Source: an uncultured Bacillales bacterium
GTDB taxonomy: Bacteria; Bacillota_I; Bacilli_A; RFN20; CAG-449
Direction of reading: 5' to 3'
Assembly (NCBI GenBank): GCA_946641515.1
Contig: CAMPBT010000003.1
Location: forward strand, 56,079 to 120,078
Length of the DNA: 64,000 bases
Shown here: positions 49,465-58,391 of the stretch, one piece after another
How the letters are laid out: each line of letters starts with the position of its first letter
How positions within the stretch are numbered: the stretch's first letter is position 1
Notes under the pieces: generated by a model
Seen by the model: the letters and a program-made list of their open reading frames with translations, nothing else
What the model was told of the DNA's origin: nothing
The model's database searches: none
Program-made: the position numbers and the translations under genes

Positions 49465-50499
49465 ATGACCACTTTTGCAACAGTAATTGTATTAATTATA
49501 TTGTCATTAATTATTTTCGCCTTTATTGGCGTTGCGTTATATTCTATTTTTAAATCAGAAAAAATTATTGTAAGTAGAAAAGAACGTGACCAGTTGATAA
49601 TTAAAGAACAGCAAAAAGAAAAGAAACCATCTAAAGCATCTAAAACTACTTCAATAGTATTTACAATCATTGGATATGTCATTGTATTTGGAATCTTAAT
49701 CTTTGAAGGATTTGCAGTTATTACTAATTCATCAAATAACTTATTGTTCATCGGAAACAATGCAAATTTAGTAGTAGCATCAGATTCTATGTCTACTATT
49801 GATAGTTCCGCTCAATTAGAAGCAAATGGTGGTTATTTGACAGACGATATGTTAAATGACCAATTCCAGATTGGAGATATTCTCTCTTTCTCAAAATTAC
49901 CATCTACAGAAAAAGAATTATTATCTTATACAGAAACCGGAGAACTAGAATATGTTGATGAATTAAATAAAAAAGTCAATTCTCCATATTTATATAAAGT
50001 ATTCGCATTCAAATACACTTTACCTGAAAAAGGTGAATCAATCGTATTACATAGACTTGTAGAAATTAGAGAAGTCTCTACTGCAAGTGGATCAACATAT
50101 CAATATGTTTTCATAGGAGATAAATATCCAAAATCAAGCCAAGTAGTAACTTATAAGAGTTTACTAGGTATTTATACTAGAGGAAGAATATCAGGGCTCG
50201 GATATCCAATTTTATTCTTAGGATCTGCTTATGGAGCCTACTCAGTTCTTGGAGCGTTATTCATTATTATCGCGACATCATACTTTACTAAAAAATTATC
50301 TAAGCTCTATTCAGATAGATATGACCAAATCAAAAAAGAAAAATTCGATACAGAATTCTCTTCAGACACATTTAAGAATCGTAGGCATGAAGTAGAAGAA
50401 AAAGTAATCGAAGCTGAAGAAGTTAAAGTCATCCCAAAAGATCATCAATCTCAAGAAGATGATAATTCAGATATTGGAAGTCTAAAGAAGAGAGATTAA
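49465..50499 (+). CDS. candidate ER/archaeal-type (SipW-like, Ser/His) signal peptidase I with extended architecture
   Basis: 344 aa. N-terminal TM (FATVIVLIILSLIIFAFIGVALY). Box-B-like VVASDSMSTI (Ser). Box-D-like IVLHRLVEI (His, not Lys). GDK segment. C-terminal TM (ILFLGSAYGAYSVLGALFIIIATSYF), as in SipW. Sits between cassettes of SipW-cognate-signal proteins. RBS AAGGAGGG. Confidence 0.5.
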   Translation: MTTFATVIVLIILSLIIFAFIGVALYSIFKSEKIIVSRKERDQLIIKEQQKEKKPSKASKTTSIVFTIIGYVIVFGILIFEGFAVITNSSNNLLFIGNNANLVVASDSMSTIDSSAQLEANGGYLTDDMLNDQFQIGDILSFSKLPSTEKELLSYTETGELEYVDELNKKVNSPYLYKVFAFKYTLPEKGESIVLHRLVEIREVSTASGSTYQYVFIGDKYPKSSQVVTYKSLLGIYTRGRISGLGYPILFLGSAYGAYSVLGALFIIIATSYFTKKLSKLYSDRYDQIKKEKFDTEFSSDTFKNRRHEVEEKVIEAEEVKVIPKDHQSQEDDNSDIGSLKKRD

Positions 50500-50762
50500 G
50501 ACTCACTACCGTTCAAAATGGACGGTAGTTTTTTTATTATAAAATCACTTTGCAAATTACTTATAATCTGTAAAGTTACAAACGTTTATCCCAAAAAATG
50601 TTAAACTTTTAACCCTACATTTGTAACATTTTTGGTATAAAACTGAAAGTGTATCTCTCAATGGAGCATCAAGAAAAGAACATTTGTTCCTTTCTTTGAT
50701 TTTCGAGTCAAATTTTTACTATTTTAAAAAGGAACATTTTAACATATTTCGTTTAAAATCTT

Positions 50763-50841
50763 GTCGTTTTGTGCCAAATATTAGTTACATTGTGCCAGTG
50801 TTTGAATAATTTTATGTTAAATTGGTCGTTTTGTGCCAAAT
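50763..50841 (+). promoter_or_regulatory. three CGTGCCA-family boxes (GTCGTTTTGTGCCAAAT x2 plus TTGTGCCAGTG) upstream of cassette 2
   Basis: GTCGTTTTGTGCCAAAT at 50763-50779 and 50825-50841. ACATTGTGCCAGTG at 50787-50800. Confidence 0.5.
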
Positions 50842-50972
50842 TTAGAAATTCCTATGAAAATTGCCTTTTTATAGCCTAAATCTATTATATGATGAAGGTG
50901 TCTTCAGGAGAGGAAGATAAAAACTAACCCATCTATTAAATGGATTAATTAAATAAAAGGAGAGTAATTATT

Positions 50973-51503
50973 ATGAAATTATTAAATAGAGTCACATTAG
51001 TATCAGTCTTAGGCGTAGCAGCTGTCATCGGTACAGGTTACGCTGCATGGACATTCTCAGCAGACACAACTGCAAACGCTAACGCAAATGTATTAATCAC
51101 ATCAGCATCAGAACAGGCAGGTACAATCACATTTGATAAAACTGTTAAATTAGTACTTGATCAAGGTTGGATTGGTTGGATTGATGCAGGAGTAGCTCCA
51201 AAAGATGCATACACTAACGAAGATGCACTTGCTTCAATCGTACCAACATTAACTCCATATGCAGGTTCTGAAACATTAGTAAGCGAATACGCATTAACTT
51301 GTTCAGTTAATTACGGCAATTTTACAAATTACTTAAACTTCGGTGCTTTCGCAACAACATGGGAATCAGGTTCAGCAGTTGCTTTACCAACAGTTTCTTG
51401 GAAAGATGGAATGAAGCCAACAACATTAACTGAATACAATACAATGAAAACTGCACTTCAAAATTTACAAATTGTCTTTACATTTAATGCAGACGTTGCT
51501 TAA
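50973..51503 (+). CDS. small exported TasA/camelysin-like protein with SipW-cognate-type signal peptide (paralog A2)
   Basis: 176 aa. MKLLNRVTLVSVLGVAAVIGTGYAAWTFSAD. C-terminus ...QIVFTFNADVA. The first about 100 nt are roughly 85% identical to 38271... at the DNA level. Confidence 0.7.
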   Translation: MKLLNRVTLVSVLGVAAVIGTGYAAWTFSADTTANANANVLITSASEQAGTITFDKTVKLVLDQGWIGWIDAGVAPKDAYTNEDALASIVPTLTPYAGSETLVSEYALTCSVNYGNFTNYLNFGAFATTWESGSAVALPTVSWKDGMKPTTLTEYNTMKTALQNLQIVFTFNADVA

Positions 51504-51640
51504 TTAGATTAAAAAAAATGGCCGTAGTTCCTAGTGAGCTTCGGCCATTATATAGATATAACCATAATAAATATATATAAGTTAAATATTTATAATTATA
51601 TTAAATAATAAAAACCTACCACTATGAAAGGAGGGCAAAT

Positions 51641-52489
51641 ATGAGAAAGCATAAATTTTTAACTTTCCTATTAGCGTACAGTATCCTTTTTAGTGGTGTA
51701 ATGCTTAGTAGTTACGCTACTAAAGGCTATGCAGCCTTTACTTTCAGCGCTGAATCAACTAGTATAAATCCTGTTCCAACAGTAGTAACAAATTGGACAT
51801 TCAACAATCAAGAGCCAGGAACAACTATTGTAATCGATGGAAATGGTAATGCTACAATTTCTGGTGGAGAGCATGATGGTGAATCAGTAGAAATTACATA
51901 CGTTACTGATGATGAAGGAAATAGTTTAATCAATAATGGTTCTGTAACAACACAAATTGAAATTAATGAAGACGGAACAGTTTCAATCACTCAATTTGAT
52001 GTCACACCTGGATCAGGTTCAATTGGAGACATCAATTATATCTTCTATGGTGAAACTTTATATTTACCAAGCCAATACGTTATTGATGGGCAAGTATATC
52101 CTGTTTCTTCATTAGATCAACCGCTTAAAGTTGAAAAAGCTAAACTTTTAATTGGCATTGCAGCAGTTAACAATGTAATTGTACCTGAAGGATATGTATC
52201 CTTATGTGCTGAAGCATTCTACGGTAACAATTGTTCTTTCAAAACTCCAGTAGCCTTTAATTTACCTTCAACATTAACAAGTATTGGATATCACGCAATT
52301 GATTTAGCAGATAGCCCTAAAATTAATTACGCAGGTACAAAAGCTCAATTTAGAGCATTATCAAATAACTCCGGTAACTGGGTAGGAAGATCAAGCGGAT
52401 CTAACAATACTATTACAGTAACTTGTTCAGACGGAAATTTAACTGTAAGATACAATAATAATAATAATGGTACAATAACTATTTCTTAA
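51641..52489 (+). CDS. exported BspA-type LRR (LRR_5-like) protein with SipW-cognate-type signal peptide (paralog B2)
   Basis: 282 aa. MRKHKFLTFLLAYSILFSGVMLSSYATKGYAAFTFSAE. LRR_5-like segment IVPEGYVSLCAEAFYGNNCSFKTPVAFNLPSTLTSIGYHAI. C-terminal INYAGT motif shared with B1 (INYGGS). Confidence 0.65.
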   Translation: MRKHKFLTFLLAYSILFSGVMLSSYATKGYAAFTFSAESTSINPVPTVVTNWTFNNQEPGTTIVIDGNGNATISGGEHDGESVEITYVTDDEGNSLINNGSVTTQIEINEDGTVSITQFDVTPGSGSIGDINYIFYGETLYLPSQYVIDGQVYPVSSLDQPLKVEKAKLLIGIAAVNNVIVPEGYVSLCAEAFYGNNCSFKTPVAFNLPSTLTSIGYHAIDLADSPKINYAGTKAQFRALSNNSGNWVGRSSGSNNTITVTCSDGNLTVRYNNNNNGTITIS

Positions 52490-52640
52490 TTCCCCTATTA
52501 ACAAATTGTAAACTCATCTATATAATAAAAGTGTAGATGAGTTTTTTTATTAAATAATTAAAAAGAGATAAATTGATAATTTTGTTAAAGAAAATAATAT
52601 TGAATATGATACATTCAATTCTTAATGATAAATATAAAGT

Positions 52641-52680
52641 TTGGCACGGATAGACATTTTTCTGGCACGGATGGGATTTC
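52641..52680 (-). promoter_or_regulatory. two inverted-orientation copies of the CGTGCCA box (TTTGGCACGG, TCTGGCACGG) upstream of cassette 3
   Basis: AAAGTTTGGCACGGATAGACATTTTTCTGGCACGGATGGG. Confidence 0.45.
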
Positions 52681-53021
52681 CATTTGTTACAATAAAGGAA
52701 AAATCGATTATAAATGTTACTCTAAATTTTCAAGTGATACATATGATAAATTTATCGATTGTGTTTCTTTGATACAAAGAGCTTTGTAAAGTAATGCATA
52801 TACAAATGTTACATTTTTAAAGAGATATTAAACAAATGTGTTTGTTAGTGTGCAAAATCAACATAGTTAATCGATAGCAAGTCTATCAGTTTAAAAAATA
52901 TCGATTTAAGTACTTGCCAAGTTTCGAATATTTGCTATATTGAGGGTGACCTGAGGGAAACCTAACACATCTAACCAAAAAATATGCTTATCGAAAATAA
53001 TAGAATAGGAAAGGAGATAGT

Positions 53022-53507
53022 ATGAAACTCACAGCAAAATTAAATTTAGTTAGCATTCTTGGTTTAACAGCTATTGTTGGTGTTGGCTACGCAGCGTTTA
53101 CTTTCAGTGACGACGCTACTATATCTTCTCTCTCACAAGCTCATATCACTCAAGTACAAGAATTCGGTGAAGTCGAAGTTACAAATACAAATCTTAACAT
53201 TGTATTAGATCAAAAAGAAATCACATGGACTGGTTCAGTCAAAGCAGTTAGAAAAGGTCAATGTGCTAACTTAGATACTACTAATACATGGACTGCTACA
53301 TTATCAGATAATTTAGCATACTACGTTAGATTTGCAGGTGATGCATCTACTTATACAAACGTTGTTTGGGAAGATAACGTTGAAATTTCTCTTCCTAAAC
53401 TTGAATATGTTGAAGAACATAAACCAACAACATTATCACAATATAATGTAATGACAAGTGTTCTTGCAGGCGAAATGGTTAATTTCTCATTCACTGCAGC
53501 AAAATAA
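53022..53507 (+). CDS. small exported TasA/camelysin-like protein with SipW-cognate-type signal peptide (paralog A3, singleton)
   Basis: 161 aa. MKLTAKLNLVSILGLTAIVGVGYAAFTFSDD. C-terminus ...VNFSFTAAK. Shares the internal HKPTTLSQYNVM motif with A1 (KPTTKSAYDTM) and A2 (KPTTLTEYNTM). Confidence 0.7.
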   Translation: MKLTAKLNLVSILGLTAIVGVGYAAFTFSDDATISSLSQAHITQVQEFGEVEVTNTNLNIVLDQKEITWTGSVKAVRKGQCANLDTTNTWTATLSDNLAYYVRFAGDASTYTNVVWEDNVEISLPKLEYVEEHKPTTLSQYNVMTSVLAGEMVNFSFTAAK

Positions 53508-53599
53508 ATTTAGTTATTAGTAATTTGATAAAAATTACTCTCCAATAACAGCTCCTCTCTCTCCAATTCGAGGGGCTTTATTTTTGTCTAAAAAGCATC

Positions 53600-53637
53600 A
53601 AAAAAGTTTCCCAAAGGAAACTCTTTTTTTATTTTTA
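53600..53637. terminator. bidirectional intrinsic terminator
   Basis: AAAAAGTTTCCCAAAGGAAACTCTTTTTTTATTTTT. Serves cassette 3 on the plus strand and the BI-1-like gene on the minus strand. Confidence 0.8.
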
Positions 53638-53640
53638 CAA

Positions 53641-54426
53641 TTATGATTCTTTACTTCTAGCAATGATGATTGCAAGTCTAATGAATAAGTAAATAAAGTC
53701 TGTATATAACTGTAAAGCATAATAAACTGCCCAGTTATCTGTTAATGTTCCTGATTCAGCATGTCTTTTTAATAGCCAAGTATCATAACCTACATATAAT
53801 AAGACTAAAGCAATGTAAGCATATCCGATGAAATAATATAATGTTTCACTTCTTAAGAAGATATTCATTAATGTAATAAATAAGATACCAAATAATAAAC
53901 CAATTATTCCATACCATAATGCGCTAGCTTTTTCTTTAGCAAGGTATCCGTATAAAGTCATGACGCCAAACATACCTGCAGTACCAACAAACGCCCAACC
54001 AATAGTAGAAACAAATGAAGCAAAGTCTAAGGATTCTACCATGATTGTTAGCATTGTTCCGGAAATTAATATTCCCATTAGTACTGAATAAATTAATAAG
54101 CAAATAAGTCCGCCTCTTTTAGCCTTAATAGTAACTAACTGAGTAACAAACATCATGATAATTGAGCCTACTCCTGAAATAATTAATAATGCTAAATAGG
54201 TATTTCCTGCTTTTAGCATTTGTTCTTCAGTAGGATTAGATCCTAAAGCAGCATTAAATATAAAATATAAACCTACACAAGTTAAAGCACTGACTAAAAC
54301 TGCAACAAACATATATAAATAAGTTTTAGCAATGGCTCTCCATGTTGAAGACGTAGTTACATTATTATTTGTCTTATGAGAAAAGCCACTTCCATCATCT
54401 TCATAAATGATATTTTTATCTTCCAT
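53641..54426 (-). CDS. Bax-inhibitor-1/YccA-like seven-TM membrane protein (tentative)
   Basis: ORF 53641..54468. Start preferred at MEDKNIIY (54426), with AAGGAGG 7 nt upstream. Seven hydrophobic helices, small size, charged C-terminus. Confidence 0.4.
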   Translation of the reverse strand: MEDKNIIYEDDGSGFSHKTNNNVTTSSTWRAIAKTYLYMFVAVLVSALTCVGLYFIFNAALGSNPTEEQMLKAGNTYLALLIISGVGSIIMMFVTQLVTIKAKRGGLICLLIYSVLMGILISGTMLTIMVESLDFASFVSTIGWAFVGTAGMFGVMTLYGYLAKEKASALWYGIIGLLFGILFITLMNIFLRSETLYYFIGYAYIALVLLYVGYDTWLLKRHAESGTLTDNWAVYYALQLYTDFIYLFIRLAIIIARSKES

Positions 54427-54519
54427 AATTAACCTCCTTAAAAGAGTAGTTATCTTTAGATAACTCATTATTATTAGTATATATTATAAAAAAATACATT
54501 AAAATCTTTTTTAGTATCT

Positions 54520-56013
54520 TTATTTTAGAATGTTTTCAATAATAAATTTGATATTTTCTACAGTATCACTAGGCGTCATAGTCACTTCACTTCTTTGTTT
54601 AGCAGCCTTTTCACCGGCAAGGCCATTAATATACGCGCCTTTAGCAACATTTGTTACTATTTCATCATTAAGACAACAAATCCCTGTTAGAAGGCCGGAA
54701 AGTACGTCTCCTGAGCCTCCTTTTGCCATCCCTGGAGTACCTCTATTAATTAAATATACTTTATTACCATCACTTACAATTGTTGTAGGGCCTTTTAATA
54801 AGACTATAACATTATTTTCTAAGCAATAATTTTTAATAGCATTAATCGGAGAAGATAATATCTCACTAACTTCTTTATGAGATAATCTACTAAATTCATA
54901 TAAGTGAGGAGTTAAGATAATTTTAGCCTTACTATTTTTTAAGCATACTGAATCTATTTTTGATAAAGCATTTAAAGCATCTGCATCTAAAATTAAGATT
55001 CCTTCATAATGATCTAAAACATATTTTACTAATTTTAATGTTTCATCATTATTCATAAGTCCCATACCAATAGTTAAGACTTTTAAATTTCTAATAAATT
55101 CTTCTATTTCTTTTTCATCAAACAAAAGATGATTATCTATTTCACTTAATGGATAATAAGTAGCCTCTAGAATATTAGGTAAAATATTATTAGCTAAAGA
55201 CTTAATTGTCGCAAGTTTGACAACTCCTGCCCCTGACACAACACTAGCAAGAGCCATAGAAGATAAACGTAACGCTCCACTATAATTAATAGATCCACCA
55301 ATTAAACCAACATAACCATAATCTCTTTTAGTACTAAAATTCTTACACTTAGGAAACATATTAATCAAATCTTTATCTTCAATTAGATAATATGGTTCAT
55401 CTATTAAATCAATTCCTATATCCACTACTTCTAGTTCATCGATATAATCTTTTGCCATATTTAAGAAATGCCCTGGCTTATAATTATTAATTGCAATTGT
55501 TAAAGATGAACGAATTATATTATTTCCCATTCCGTTTTCCGCGTTTAGCCCAGAATTAATATCAATAGAAACTACCTCTTTGTTAGATGAATTAATTAAA
55601 TCTATAACTCTAGCAACTAAATTACTTACTTCACCTTTAAAGCCGATACCAAAGATACAGTCAATAATTAAATCTTCATTAAATTCTTTTAGATTATGTA
55701 TTAAAGTACAATTGCATCCTTCAATAAGCGCTTCATCAAAATAATATTTTCCGCTTTCAGAAAATGTCTCTTCGATTAAATAAATATTAACATCGATATT
55801 ATGTTTTTTTAATAATGAAGCAATAACAAATCCATCTCCTCCGTTATTACCTTTTCCACATACTATTCCTACAAATTTAAGATAAGGATATCTTTTTAAA
55901 ATAACTTCAGTACATTTGCTTCCAGCATTAAACATTAATTCTTTACTTGAAGATAAAGAACATGCTTTTAAATCTGATTTTTTCATATTTTCTAAAGAAG
56001 CTACATTAATCAT
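54520..56013 (-). CDS. nnr: bifunctional NAD(P)H-hydrate repair enzyme Nnr (epimerase + ADP-dependent dehydratase)
   Basis: N-terminal YjeF_N motif CGKGNNGGDGFV. C-terminal carbohydrate-kinase motif GGSGDVLSG. Start preferred at ATG 56013, with AGGTGAT SD. Confidence 0.85.
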   Translation of the reverse strand: MINVASLENMKKSDLKACSLSSSKELMFNAGSKCTEVILKRYPYLKFVGIVCGKGNNGGDGFVIASLLKKHNIDVNIYLIEETFSESGKYYFDEALIEGCNCTLIHNLKEFNEDLIIDCIFGIGFKGEVSNLVARVIDLINSSNKEVVSIDINSGLNAENGMGNNIIRSSLTIAINNYKPGHFLNMAKDYIDELEVVDIGIDLIDEPYYLIEDKDLINMFPKCKNFSTKRDYGYVGLIGGSINYSGALRLSSMALASVVSGAGVVKLATIKSLANNILPNILEATYYPLSEIDNHLLFDEKEIEEFIRNLKVLTIGMGLMNNDETLKLVKYVLDHYEGILILDADALNALSKIDSVCLKNSKAKIILTPHLYEFSRLSHKEVSEILSSPINAIKNYCLENNVIVLLKGPTTIVSDGNKVYLINRGTPGMAKGGSGDVLSGLLTGICCLNDEIVTNVAKGAYINGLAGEKAAKQRSEVTMTPSDTVENIKFIIENILK

Positions 56014-56067
56014 AAATATCACCTAATAAACATTATATAACAAAAAAAAGAAGTTCAACGAACTTCT

Positions 56068-56628
56068 TTAAGCATTTAATAATTGATCATCTTGTTCTTC
56101 AGATAATCTTAAGAATTCTTTGTAATATTCTTCCATCTTCTTATCGTCAAATGGGAAAGTACCATTTTCCATAAGCTTCCTAGTTTCTTTAAAAGCATGT
56201 TTAATGACTTTATCTAAATCAGAAGAATACCCCATCTTTTTACGATGATATTCATATTCTTTACCATCTAGTTCAACGATTGATTTATCACCCAATAATT
56301 TAAGATCTAAATCATAATCGATATATTTAATACAGTTCTTATCAAGTAAAGAAGGTGAAGCGATATTGCAGTAATACATTAATGCATCCTTTTTAAACAT
56401 CGCGATTAAGTTATACCATTCATTAAACATATAGACAGATACTGCAGGTTCACGAGTAAACCATCTTCTGCCATCTGATTCAATTACTTTAGTAGAATTA
56501 TTAACAGTAACAATGTAGTCATCAGTAACATCTACTACCATTGCCGCGTCCCAAGTTCTATGTAAGGATTCATCATGTTTATAGCTTTGGACATGAATCC
56601 ATTGTCCAATCAATTCTTTGTTATTCAT
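56068..56628 (-). CDS. DUF402-family protein (YgaC/FomD-like nucleoside phosphatase fold)
   Basis: 186 aa. YIDYDLDLK motif typical of DUF402. Confidence 0.5.
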   Translation of the reverse strand: MNNKELIGQWIHVQSYKHDESLHRTWDAAMVVDVTDDYIVTVNNSTKVIESDGRRWFTREPAVSVYMFNEWYNLIAMFKKDALMYYCNIASPSLLDKNCIKYIDYDLDLKLLGDKSIVELDGKEYEYHRKKMGYSSDLDKVIKHAFKETRKLMENGTFPFDDKKMEEYYKEFLRLSEEQDDQLLNA

Positions 56629-56715
56629 TTTATACTACTTCCTAAGTCATTATCGATTATAACAAAGTAAGTTTTATAATTAAACCTTACAAAGAAAAAA
56701 GCATCGAATTCGATG

Positions 56716-57684
56716 CTATAATGAATAATTTTTATTAGATAAGATGTTTCTAGTTAAGTTAAAGACCTTAATAACATCATTATTATATTGATCTAAATAT
56801 TTTTCGTTAAAACTATTTTCATAAGGAATAGTCATCATTTCATCTACGTAAGATATGCCAACAATAATTTCTTCTTTATTAATTTTAATTATTATATCAT
56901 CAATTAATTCTTCTCTAGTAAAAGCATTTAATGCATTAACAGTATTTAAAGTAATTAATGACGAAGAAGTTGGAGTTAGATAAACTCTAAAATCGCTTCT
57001 TAAGTTTTTAATTATTGTAGGTTCAAGACCTTCTAAAGAAGTAACTTCACCTTTTCCTTTATTTCTTAAATAGATGACACCTTCGCCTTTATTATTTTTA
57101 ACATTAAAAATAAATAATCTACCGCTGAAAGGAGAAAATGAATTATTAACTCTTATTAAACTTTCAACACATTTAAAATTAGTTTTATTGTATGTACCTT
57201 TAACGTAATCTCTAAAGACTACATTACTAACTTCATCAAACACATTAAATTTATTAACTAATTCTTTTTCTAAATTAGTATTATAAGATAATTCCAAATT
57301 AGTTACTCCATCTTTATTAAAGACGTAAGAATCTAATTCTAATAAATATTTCTTCTTATAAGACGAAAAGACTACTTCTCTTTCTTTTTTATAAAAACTT
57401 AAGAAAATTAAAACAAATAAAGCATAGACAAAAAAGACAATTAAAGAAGGAACAAAGATTTTATTAACAGAATCCTTATTGATAATTAAAATAGTCATTA
57501 AAACGCCCATTAAGACTAAAAAGGAAAGTAAAACAATTCTTTTAATCCATGCCGCCTTATTCATAAAACTTAAAAATTCTTTTCTAGCGTCTTCAATATT
57601 ATTTATTGTAGTTTCTTTATCTTTAACATTACATGGAGAATAAAATTCACCAGGCATAGTTCTTTTAAAATCTTCTTTTTTCAT
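56716..57684 (-). CDS. hypothetical membrane protein (two TM helices plus extracytoplasmic domain)
   Basis: 322 aa. TM helices around residues 48-66 and 73-95. No recognised catalytic motif. Confidence 0.4.
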   Translation of the reverse strand: MKKEDFKRTMPGEFYSPCNVKDKETTINNIEDARKEFLSFMNKAAWIKRIVLLSFLVLMGVLMTILIINKDSVNKIFVPSLIVFFVYALFVLIFLSFYKKEREVVFSSYKKKYLLELDSYVFNKDGVTNLELSYNTNLEKELVNKFNVFDEVSNVVFRDYVKGTYNKTNFKCVESLIRVNNSFSPFSGRLFIFNVKNNKGEGVIYLRNKGKGEVTSLEGLEPTIIKNLRSDFRVYLTPTSSSLITLNTVNALNAFTREELIDDIIIKINKEEIIVGISYVDEMMTIPYENSFNEKYLDQYNNDVIKVFNLTRNILSNKNYSL

Positions 57685-57788
57685 CTTTCTAAATTCCTTT
57701 AGGATTATATTATAATAAATAATATAAAATTACTAGATTTAAAGTAGTTATCTACTCTTTATGTTAAGATATATTTAAGAGGTAATTT

Positions 57789-58391
57789 ATGAATACTTGT
57801 TATATTTTCGGTGCATTACAACCAAGTAAAAACTTAATGATTGATGAATCAGATTTAATCATTGCCGTAGACAAAGGTTATTCTTATTTAAAATGTCGTA
57901 ATGAACGTATCGATTTAGTAGTAGGAGATTTCGATTCTCTAGGATATGTACCAAAAGATGAAGAAATCGTCATCTTACCAAAAGAAAAAGATATAACAGA
58001 TTTACATAAAGCCATCGAAGAAGGAATTAAAAAAGGTTACAAACAATTTGTAATACTAGGTTGTTTAGGAGGAGAAAAAGAAGAACACACCATTGCAACT
58101 CTTCAAGATGTCTATCATTTCTCTAGAATTGGTTATAAATTCACTTTATATAGTCTAAATAGAACATATATTTTATTAAATAATGATTCAATCTCATTAG
58201 AAGGAAATTCTTTGATTTCAATTTTATCTTTATCTCCTATCTCAAAAGGAGTAACTTTAAAAAATCTAAAATATGAATTAAATAATAAAGAATTATCATT
58301 TGATTTTCCTCTTGGAGTATCAAACGAATTTATTCAAAATAAAAAAGCAACCATCGAAGTTAAGGATGGTTGCCTACTTATCATCTATTAG
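57789..58391 (+). CDS. thiN: thiamine pyrophosphokinase
   Basis: 200 aa. TPK motifs LIIAVDKG and VVGDFDSL. Confidence 0.8.
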   Translation: MNTCYIFGALQPSKNLMIDESDLIIAVDKGYSYLKCRNERIDLVVGDFDSLGYVPKDEEIVILPKEKDITDLHKAIEEGIKKGYKQFVILGCLGGEKEEHTIATLQDVYHFSRIGYKFTLYSLNRTYILLNNDSISLEGNSLISILSLSPISKGVTLKNLKYELNNKELSFDFPLGVSNEFIQNKKATIEVKDGCLLIIY

